The notes below the pieces were generated by a model. The model saw only the letters and a program-made list of their open reading frames with translations. It did no database searches and was not told where the DNA came from. Position numbers and translations under genes: made by a program. A stretch of DNA of 64,000 bases from a candidate division WWE3 bacterium RAAC2_WWE3_1 (GTDB lineage: Bacteria; Patescibacteriota; WWE3; UBA101185; UBA10185): assembly GCA_000503835.1 (NCBI GenBank), contig CP006914.1, positions 529,680-593,679 of the forward strand, written 5' to 3'. Of this stretch, positions 1 to 11,700 are shown in pieces. The first letter of the stretch is position 1. Every line of letters starts with the position of its first letter.

Positions 1-131
1 TTCAGGTCCGCTCCCTGGGTATAAGTAGCCGATTGTATCTCGTCCAATAAAAAGGACATTTCGGTTGCCCGGGTCACTGTCTGTAAAGAGCTCAATATTC
101 GGCCTTGAGTTTCGGAGGTTAAATGATTCAT
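1..131 (-). CDS. N-terminal part of a gene that runs off the window edge; translationally coupled to the b-like gene upstream of it. Possibly ATP synthase delta-like (speculative).
   Basis: Reverse complement of 1-131 reads ATGAATCAT... (MNHLTSETQGRILSSLQTVTRATEMSF...). Its ATG overlaps the TGA stop of the 128-883 gene in an ATGA arrangement. The ORF stays open to position 1. Confidence 0.3.
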   Translation of the reverse strand, partial: MNHLTSETQGRILSSLQTVTRATEMSFLLDEIQSATYTQGADL

Positions 132-883
132 ATTTTTTCATTTTTAGCTGAAAATCCTTGCCTCATTAATTCTTCTTTAAGGGTATCCAGAATAAACTTT
201 TCGTGCGACGACTGGTCTATTACCCTGCCTAGCACTTTATCCGAAACCTTTGCTATTATGTCAAATATCCTGGCGTTAATGTCCTCGGTTTTCTGAATCT
301 TGTAAGCATTGATTTCCTCTTCAATACGCGAATACTCCTCCTCCAGTTTCTTCTCGACCTCTTTTTGTTTTTCAATAGTACCTTTTCGAACGGTGTCTGT
401 TATTTCCATTACCTCCGAGGTTAACTCCCTCTTTAGCATATCCGATGTCTCACCGATAACCTGCAAATTTTCCTGACGTTCTTTTTCCAGGGCATCTTTG
501 TATGTCTTCACTAATTCCTGTCCCAATCCTTCCAGAGTTGCTGTTTGTTTGTCATAAATGGCAGTGAATTTCCTATCCAACTCATCGCGTGCTTCCCTAC
601 TTAAACTGGATGCGCTATCCAAAGTCCTGTGAGCTTTGAGCTGGCTTTCTTCCAGGATTTTCAGGGATTTCAAACGGGCTGAGTCCATTATTTTCATGGC
701 TTCTGCATATGCCTTATCTTTAATCTCGTTTTCTAAAAAGACTTCTCTCTCCTGCTTATTGCGTTGGAGTATGTACAAAAATATCAGAACCAAAATAAAA
801 ACGGTGAGAGAGGAAAAAGCGATAACAAAGTAAAAAACTCTTTCCGTAAAGAACTCGTTGGGCAGTAAGATTGCAAAATCCAT
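128..883 (-). CDS. F-type ATP synthase subunit b-like protein: N-terminal TM helix plus a long charged coiled coil
   Basis: 251 aa. One N-terminal hydrophobic helix (FYFVIAFSSLTVFILVLIFLYIL) is followed by a K/E/A-rich heptad region. The C-terminal segment ARIFDIIAKVSDKVLGRVIDQSSHEKFILDTLKEEL resembles the delta-binding end of bacterial b subunits. It lies immediately downstream of a c-subunit-like gene, matching the canonical c-b-delta order. Confidence 0.4.
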   Translation of the reverse strand: MDFAILLPNEFFTERVFYFVIAFSSLTVFILVLIFLYILQRNKQEREVFLENEIKDKAYAEAMKIMDSARLKSLKILEESQLKAHRTLDSASSLSREARDELDRKFTAIYDKQTATLEGLGQELVKTYKDALEKERQENLQVIGETSDMLKRELTSEVMEITDTVRKGTIEKQKEVEKKLEEEYSRIEEEINAYKIQKTEDINARIFDIIAKVSDKVLGRVIDQSSHEKFILDTLKEELMRQGFSAKNEKI

Positions 884-892
884 AAAGATAAT

Positions 893-1954
<1,062 letters not shown>

Positions 1955-2635
1955 CTATTACACGGGTAAGTTTGAGTGATTTTGGCGACCGGCATTCATG
2001 TTTGGGAGGCGGCCCATAAAAAACGCACATTCTTATAAAGCCGGACAGCTCTGTACACACCAGGACCTCTCTGCCCTACCCGGAAAAATATATATCAGAG
2101 AAGAATCGATTCCGTGCACTAGGACCGCAAAATAAATTTCTGGGGCGTTGTGTCGGTTCACAATAAGTTTACAGTGCTATCGTTATACTCTAAGAAGACC
2201 TGACCCTGCTGTTCGGAACACCAAGGCAAAGCCTGTAAGGGTCGGGAGCTGTAAAAATTTGAGGACTGACGAACCACTTTAGTTAAACACATAAACACGG
2301 GTATGCTCTCCGGACTATGGGGTCTATAAAAACCGGCTGTTAATAATACCTTAAAAATCTGAACCGCGTGCAAAAAATATTTCCTAACTTCCGAAAGAAA
2401 GTAATAACAAATGCTGAGCACGTCATATATTTACATCAGCAAAAAACGTTTAGTCTACAACATAAAAATACACGCCTTAAAAACAAAACATATCATATTG
2501 TCACATGTTAATAATTTAAGTCCGTGAAAAGGCTGTCAATAAAGAATAAAACAAGGTTTATGGTCCTTATGTAAATACTAACGAACATAAAACTGACAAA
2601 CCTTATCACTCGTTGATAGTAAAAGGAAATAAAGT

Positions 2636-2664
2636 ATTGACTGAGTAAAAAAAACCCTCTATTA
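2636..2664 (+). promoter_or_regulatory. Candidate promoter for the giant gene (TTGACT-17-TATTAT)
   Basis: ttgactgagtaaaaaaaaccctctattat lies about 55 nt upstream of the ATG at 2720. No obvious Shine-Dalgarno sequence is present. Confidence 0.25.
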
Positions 2665-2719
2665 TTTATAATAACTTTACTATCTGTTGTGACATAGGCA
2701 AATAGTAAACCTTCCTGCC

Positions 2720-5700
2720 ATGGAAATATCTGCCCAGAATAACAAAAAAAATTACTCAAAATCAGACTCAAACGTTTTTCGTAGTGAAGGATATGTTAAA
2801 GTATCTGAAGCCGCGAATTTATTAAGCGTTTCATCCTCTACCCTCCGTAGGTTCGAAGCTGAAGGTAAAATCACATCAAGAAGACTGGATAATAATTATA
2901 GGGTATACGATATATCAGAAGTCGCAAGATTCAAAAAAATACTTAATGAAGAAAAACAAACACGCAAAAAATCATACGTTACCGTTAACGACACACCGGT
3001 TTTTCAAAACAAAACTCCGGTCAAAGCCCACGGTTTTACCTGGCCCAAAATTAACGCCAGCTTCCCAAAAATAAATGAAACGTATAGTAACGTTTCGCAA
3101 AATTTTGAACAGCACTCGACTCTCAAAGCAGCTGCCAAATTTTTTAAGACTGCAAAAATAGCTGGTGTATCCTTCGCTGCAGTATTAATTCTAATAGGGC
3201 TGTCTGAAAATGTAAGATTTACAGATAATGTCATAGAGATACTTTCTTTCACTATGAGTAGACAGATCGAGACAGGAGAAAAAGGTTACGAAGTAATCGG
3301 ATTAACTTTAGGTTCCAAAGACAAAGTTACCAGCTATATCTACAACATTAATGTACCTGCTAACTTTAGACGAAACGTGAATATAGATGAAACTTTGCGG
3401 GTAACCGGGTTATCTTCGTTGTTAGGCGGCATAGAAACTCAAGATGCGGACGCAAACCTGGGTACGGGCACACTCACAACGGGCAGAATAGATATGACGG
3501 GCGAAGCATCCCTCAACAACCTTCTGGTCATCAATGATGTAACTGAAACTACACTGGAAGAATTCATCGATATCAATGGTGATGTGGTAGGAACCGGCTT
3601 AAACGATGTCAAAGTGGTCGGTCTCGGTGGAATCGAAGTAGGAGACCTTGACACCGATGACGGAAACATACTTATGATCGAAGGTGGAAGTTGGGCTTCT
3701 TTACCAACCAGCAGCATTACATCGCTTGGTACTATAACCACAGGCGTGTGGAACGGTACTCCTATCGCCCCGGGCTACGGCGGTACCGGACTTTCGTCAA
3801 TAACTGCCGGAAGTATTTTAATAGGGGGGTCAGGAAATACTATGTCAACTCTCGCCATCGGTTCCGCTAATCAGACGTTAATTTCAAGCGGTTCCGCCCC
3901 CGTCTGGACAAATTCCGATGCCTTTGTCTCTTCTTATGCGTGGCTGCTCACCGGTAATACAGGGACAGACAGCACTACGGATTTTATAGGGACTACGGAT
4001 AATACCGGACTTACTATCAGGACAAACGATGTCGAACGTGTGACTATAGCGGCTGACGGTAATGTGGGGATAGGAGGAACCGATCCTCAATTTTCTCTAC
4101 ATGTAGGAAATGGCAGCTCAAGCGCAGCCTGGATAGTAGGACAACAGGAAAGCGGTTACATAGAAGGCGATCTCGAGGTGGCGGGAACAATCTATGGTAC
4201 GTTTGTCGGACCCATAACAACTGTCGGGTATCAGCCTAATGCAGTGTTTTACTCTGACAGTGCCGGGACCATGACAACCGATAATACTCTGCTCTCTTTT
4301 AACGAAACCACGGCTGTGTTGTTGGTAAACGGAACTCTGAACACAAGTTTGTTTAAGATTGGTGGCACTTCAGTTACTTCAAGCGCGACTGAACTTAATA
4401 TCCTGGACGGGGCTTTAATATCAACAACAGAACTTAATCTTTTGGATGGACGCATCGGTACTCTTGTGGATTCAAGTAATGTGTCAAACTATGCTATTAC
4501 CTCAGTAGTGGCTGGATCGGGTTTAATCGGAGGAACAGGACCGGGGGCAACTACCCTTCATGTAGGGGTGGGAAACGGAATATCCATCGCCGCGGACAGC
4601 ATCGCCATAGATACAACAACAACAGGAGTAACCGCGGTATCCTCGTCCAATTCCGGACTTGAAGCATCCTCTGATGGACTTAGACTACTTGGGGGATGCG
4701 GATCTAACCAAATTCTTTCATGGGACGCAACCGGTCAGGTGTGGAAATGTGCATCAGTGTCAGGCATTGGCGGTATTACCGGAGCCGGCGCCTCAACACA
4801 GGTAGCTTTTTGGGACAGTGCGAGTTCTCTCACAGGGAATAACAGCCTTTGGTGGAACAATACAAGTACGAGACTTGGTATAGGAACCAGTGCTCCTCTA
4901 TACACACTTGATGTCAACGGAACAGCAAGGATAGGAAGTCTATCCGCAGGAAGCGGTAACTCAATAGTCCTTCAGAATGCAGGTGTACTTGAGACAAGGG
5001 ATGTTGATTCAAGGGTATGGGGAACTTCACTTGTTGACGGGACATCTTTAACCGCAAATTACCTGGCTAGAATATCTGACGCCAATACCCTAATAACCGG
5101 TATGGTCTATGACAACGGTTCATTTGTCGGAATAGGTACAACACAAGCCGGGTATCTTTTAAATATAGGGGGCTCTCTTAATACCTCGGCCCTCTTCATT
5201 GCAGGAAGTGCCGTAACATCAAGTGCCACAGAACTTAACATCCTTGATGGAGTTACCGCCACAACAAGTGAAATAAACATGCTAGCTGGAAGAACAGGAA
5301 CACTTGTTGACTCAAATAACGTGGGAAGTTATGCCGTAACTGCCATAACAGCAGGGTCAGGTCTAACAGGAGGAACAGGACCGGGAGCCACAACAATAAA
5401 TATTGGAGCCGGAAACGGATTAATAGTATCAGCTGACTCCATAGCAATAGACTCAGCAACAACCGGGTTAACTGCTGTAACATCATCTAACTCAGGTATA
5501 GAGGTAACAGCAGATGGAATAAGACTTTTAGGTGGGTGCTCACTTAACCAGGTTTTGGCTTGGGATAATACTTCACAAACATGGAAATGCTCCTCAGTCT
5601 CAGGTCTTGGAGGAGTAACAGGAACAGGAACCGATAACTACCTAGCCAGATGGGATGGAACTAGCGCTCTTCAAAATTCTTCTGTGTTTGCTGCCGATTC

Positions 5701-8700
5701 AGGTAATGTGGGAATCGGAACATCGGGTCCGGGATATAACCTGGATGTGGCGGGAAGCGCCAATGTATCAAACCTTTTTATCGCAGGAAACCTTGTATCC
5801 TCAAGTGCCACAGAACTAAATATACTTGACGGAGCACTAGTATCTACAGCCGAGATAAATCTTTTGGACGGAAGAACAGGTGTACTTTTAGACACAAGTA
5901 ATGTCTCGACCCAGCTTTCAACATGGGACCAACTGGCATCTGATGATCTGACAACCGCAACAGGGTTTTCCGGAGACGTGTCGGGTCCATATAACGATCT
6001 GCAGATACAAACAGGTGTTGTGGGTGCAAATGAACTTGCGGCAACAAGCGTATCGGCAGGAACATATGGCTCCACAAGCGGTGTCTCAACATTCACGGTA
6101 GACGCCGACGGAAGGTTAACTTCTGCCGGAAACACAACACTTAGCGGCGCCGGAATAACGGATAACACAATAGAGGAGGTTGATCTTGAGGTAACAAATG
6201 CGGGGGTAAACGGATACGTATTAACATATGACAATGCTACAGGCGGTTTCACCTGGGTATCCTCTGCCGTTATGGGTACAAACTACTGGCAGCGTATCGG
6301 TTCAAACCTTGTTCCTTTAACAGTAACAGACTATGTAACAACAAACGGAAGAATAGGTGCAGGCACAACTTCCCCCTCCTACACACTTGATGTCAACGGA
6401 ACAGCAAGGATAGGAAGTCTATCGGCAGGAAGCGGTAACTCAATAGTCCTTCAGAATGCAGGTGTACTTGAGACAAGGGATGTTGATTCAAGGGTATGGG
6501 GAACTTCACTTGTTGACGGAACGTCTTTAACTGCAAATTACCTAGCTAGAATATCTGACGCAAATACCCTAATAACCGGTATGGTCTATGACAACGGTTC
6601 ATTTGTCGGAATAGGTACTACCGGTAACTCAGGATACATACTAAATGTGGCGGGGAGTGCCAATGTATCAAACCTTTTCTTGGCAGGTACTCTTGTATCC
6701 TCAAGTGCCACAGAACTAAATATACTTGACGGAGCTACCCTTTCAACAACAGAGCTTAATCTTTTAACCGGAAGAACAGGAACACTGGTTGACTCAAATA
6801 ACGTGGGAAGTTATGCCGTAACTGCCATAACAGCAGGGTCAGGTCTAACAGGAGGAACAGGACCGGGAGCCACAACAATAAATATTGGAGCAGGTAGCGG
6901 TATCTCACTTGCCGCAGATTCAATAACCCTTGATACCGATACCACAGGTACAACCTCAGTCACATCAAATAACTCAGGTCTTGAGGTAACAGGTTCGGGT
7001 CTTAGACTTCTTGGGGGATGCTCGGATACACAGATACTTAAATGGAACTCAACCGCATCTGTCTGGTACTGTTCCTCAGATTCTACTGGTACCTCAGGTA
7101 CTGCAACCATAGCAGGATCGGGTCTTGCTACACAAATTGCCTTCTTCTCAGGTTCAACATCAATCAGTGGATCAAATAACCTATGGTGGGATAACACAGG
7201 TGGAAATCTTGGTATAGGAACATCAGGACCTGCAGCTAAACTCGAACTTGCCGGCTCCGCTGATACTGAACAATTCGTAATAAAAGCGAACGCTACACAA
7301 TCTAATACGAACCCTTTGATTCAGCTTCAATCATCGACCGGAACCGCTCTCTTAGATATCAGCACAGATAGTGTTGAAAACGTATTTATAGGCAGATTGG
7401 CAGGAAGTTCGAACACTGTGGGTGCAGGAAGCAGCGGCATGTACAACACCTTCATTGGCAGCGGCGCCGGTGATAATAATTCTGCCGGATACCAAAATAG
7501 CGTACTCGGCGCTTACGCCCTTTTCGGAAACACTTATGGAATAAACAACACCTCTATGGGCGTGTATTCACTTTTCTCAAATACTACCGGTAACGACAAC
7601 GTTTCGCTGGGTTTCAAAGCCGGGCAGTATAGCACGACCGGATCATACAACGTATTTTTAGGTACAAGCGCAGGATTTGGGGTCAACACCACACAAAGAG
7701 CTTTGTCTAGCTATAACGTAGCTATAGGTAACGAAGCCGGTTATAGCTTGTCGGCTAACTCCAGCAGTAACATATTCTTAGGCTACAGAGCAGGATATAA
7801 CGAGACGGGGTCTAATAAGCTGTATATAGATAATGGGTCAGCTCCCGGGGGGAGTGCCTTCATCTACGGAGATATGTCAAGTGACCTTTTAACCTTCAAC
7901 GCTAATGTGGGAATTGGAAAGACGTCCCCCACAGCATGGCTTGATATATCAGCTGCAACAACCTCTAAACCTTCGATAAGAGTAGCCTCAGGCACAGCTC
8001 CTTCCTCACCTGTTACAGGGGACATATATAATAATGGGACTTCCCTTTACTACTACAACGGAACTGCATGGCAAGATCTCGGAGCTACAGGTACATCAGG
8101 CACTGCAGCCATAGCAGGATCAGGTCTTGCAACTCAGGTTGCCTTCTTCTCAGGTTCCACATCAATTTCCGGGTCAAATAACCTATGGTGGGATTCCGGT
8201 AACTCAAGACTGGGAATCGGAACATCCGGTCCTGCCTACCCACTATCAGTGCTATCAACGGCACCTGATGTGGCCGACGGTCGCGTAGCTGACGTAGACG
8301 GAACGTTGACATCCTCAACAAACGATCAGCAGGGGTTTAAAACCTCCGTTACGGTCACTCCGGGCGCAAGCACCTCAAAAATCTACTCTGGCATGCAACT
8401 CTCGCTCTCGGGCAACAGTAATACACGTTTGACGAACGCCATTTTTAGAGGTGTAGAAGGTTATATCAGCTACAGCGGATCTTCGGGCATACTTGGCACA
8501 GGTATTGGGGGAAGATTCAGGGTAAATAATTCGTCAACGGGCACAATCACTAACGCCTATGATTTATACCTGGCAACCCCGACGAATACCGGAACGATCA
8601 CAAATACTTATGGTCTTTACATAGATTCTATGACTGCGGGCACCCAGCCGAACAAGGCTTTTGGAATATATCAGGCCGGTTCCGGTGACAGAAATTACTT

Positions 8701-11700
8701 CGCCGGTAATGTAGGTCTAGGAACAACTAACCCGGCAAGCATACTTCAGGTTGCAGGAAACATTCTACCCTCTGCAGACGATACCTACGATATTGGTTCC
8801 AGTGCATTAAGGTGGCGGGATGTGTATATAGGGCCTGCATCCTTACACATCGGTACCAATCAGAGCGAGGCAACCATAAAGTATCTGGTAGGCCAAAGCT
8901 CACTTGGCTTTGATCTTGATGCTAACGGTGTTTACGAGTTTGAAATGGGTGCAGACGGAAAATTCGGTATCGGCACAACCAACCCGAACTTCATGTTGGA
9001 CATTGCCGGAAGTGCAAGCGTAAACACCTTATTCCTTGGAGGTTCTGCGATAACGGCGACTGCCGCTGAACTTAACCGCCTATCAGGAGGATCCGGAAAT
9101 GTTGTCGATACAGGTAACGTGGGAAGTTATGCCGTAACTGCCATAACAGCAGGGTCAGGTCTAACAGGAGGAACAGGACCGGGAGCCACAACAATAAATA
9201 TTGGAGCAGGGAGTGGTATCTCACTTGCCGCAGATTCAATAACCCTTGATACCGATACCACAGGTACAACCTCAGTCACATCAAATAACTCAGGTCTTGA
9301 GGTAACAGGTTCGGGTCTTAGACTTCTTGGGGGATGCTCGGATACACAGATACTTAAATGGAACTCAACCGCATCTGTCTGGTACTGTTCCTCAGATTCT
9401 ACTGGTACCTCAGGTACTGCAACCATAGCAGGATCCGGTCTCGCAACTCAGGTTGCCTTCTTCTCAGGTTCAACATCAATTTCCGGGTCAAATAACCTAT
9501 GGTGGAACTCCACAGATTCAAGACTAGGGATTGGAACGTCCGCTCCTTTAACCTCACTCGATGTATCAGGAACAACCTGGCTAAGAGGCCTCTCGGCAAA
9601 TTCGGGACTATTCGTAAATGCATCAGGATCTATAGGAATCGGAACAACCAACCCGCAATATAATCTGCACGTAGTAGGAAACCTCGGGCTTACAGGAGAT
9701 TTTTATCTGCTTGGAGCACCTTCCTCACCTTCCACAACCGAAGGCACTATGTACTATGATACTGACGATGACCGGCTCAAAGTCTATGCTAACGGAAAAT
9801 GGCAATCAGACAGAACAACAGCAACCGTGATAGTTGCCGCATCAGATAGTAAAAATAAGGAAAAAGCCGATATTGTGGCTGACGGAACCAACGACGAAAC
9901 GGATATTGAGAATGCCGTTACCAACTACCTTCCGGCCACAGGAGGTAACGTTGTACTTCTTGACGGTACATACAATATAGGGGCGGACGGCATAGATATC
10001 ACCAAATCAAACGTTACCTTAACAGGTGCCGGTAATGCTACTGTCGTTAAAAGAGTTGCTGACTCGACAGCTGTCGACGGAACAATTACTTTAGGTGATG
10101 GGGGTACAACAGCTGTTACCAATGTCAAAATTACAGAACTCCAGGTCGACGGTCAAAAAAGTGCGTATTCCAGTCCTAATAACGTTGCGATATTTTTCAA
10201 CCAGCGGGTAACCCAGTCTCAAATTGAAGGCACCTACATTCACGATATTTATAGTTACGGCATTTACCTGAAAGGTACTACACAATCGGTCAGTGATAAT
10301 ACCATTCACAATAACACCATTATAAACAGCAGTAACCCAATCTATGTCGATGCCGGATCAACCAGCACCCGCGCTCACAACATTTCAATTACCAATAATA
10401 ATATTTCATCGGGCGTTGCAGGAATTTACATAAATTACGCTAAGTATTTTAAAGTTTCAGATAACAAATTTTCTAACTATCAGTATATTTTATCGGTGGA
10501 TAACTCCGAATATGGCGTTATTAGCGGAAACACCACTGACGGCAGCACTATTACAGGGGTTAATACAGCCATGGTTATATCCTTAGGTGCGAGCAATTAC
10601 AACACAATCGTTTCCAACTATATTTACGGCGGTTCGGGTATGGGTGGTTCGGCGGCAATATATGTCGACAATACAAGTACCGGGAACTATATAGCCGGTA
10701 ATACCTTGGGCAACAACAAGATAACCGATTCAGGTATCGGCACAATCATTCAGCAGGACGACCGATTCCTCGTAAACGGATATTTAAAAGCTACTTCCCT
10801 ATATCTTTCAGGTACGCAGGTAACCTCAAGTGCCACAGAACTAAATATACTTGACGGAGCTACCCTTTCCACAACAGAGCTTAATCTTTTAACCGGAAGA
10901 ACAGGAACACTTGTTGACTCAAATAACGTGGGAAGTTATGCCGTAACTGCCATAACAGCAGGGTCAGGTCTAACAGGAGGAACAGGACCGGGAGCCACAA
11001 CAATAAATATTGGAGCAGGGAGTGGTATCTCACTTGCCGCAGATTCAATAACTCTTGATACCGATACCACAGGTACAACCTCAGTCACATCAAATAACTC
11101 AGGTCTTGAGGTTGTGGCTGATGGCCTTCGCCTAATCGGAGGATGTACAGATACTCAAATTCTTAAATGGAATGCATCAACCTCCATGTGGTACTGCGCT
11201 GCTGATTCTACAGGAACTGCAGGTTCAGCCACAATCGCAGGCTCTGGTGTTGTAAACCAAGTCTCATTCTTCTCAGGCTCCACATCAATATCCGGTTCAA
11301 ATAATCTATGGTGGGACAATTCAAATACAAGACTAGGGATTGGAACATCGGGTCCTTTAACCGCTCTTGATGTATCCGGAACCACATGGCTTAGAGGTCT
11401 TTCAGCTAACTCGGGACTATTTGTAAACACCTCGGGATACGTCGGAATCGGAACAACCAACCCCACTGCCCCGCTAAGTGTTGGAACAGGTAGCGCCTTT
11501 GCGGTCAGTTCAACAGGAGCTGTAACATCAGGGAGCTGGAATGGCGCCGCAATAAGCGTTCCCTACGGAGGTACCGGATTGACATCAATTGCCGCGGGCT
11601 CCGTTCTTGCCGCCAATTCGGTTGACACGTTAAGTGTTATAACCTCAACATCCGGTCTTAAAGTACTACAAAATAGCGCGGGTACAACGTCGTGGGCGAC

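Noticed and set aside
2720-3250. Treating the HTH-encoding 5' end of the giant ORF as a separate small excisionase-like gene, which would imply an integrated mobile element.
   Set aside because: There is no stop codon between the HTH, the TM helix and the repeats (a single frame from 2720 to 16144). No integrase or other mobile-element genes are nearby, and a second protein (53690-54364) shows the same HTH-TM fusion. A mis-called start remains possible and is listed as a check in the findings.
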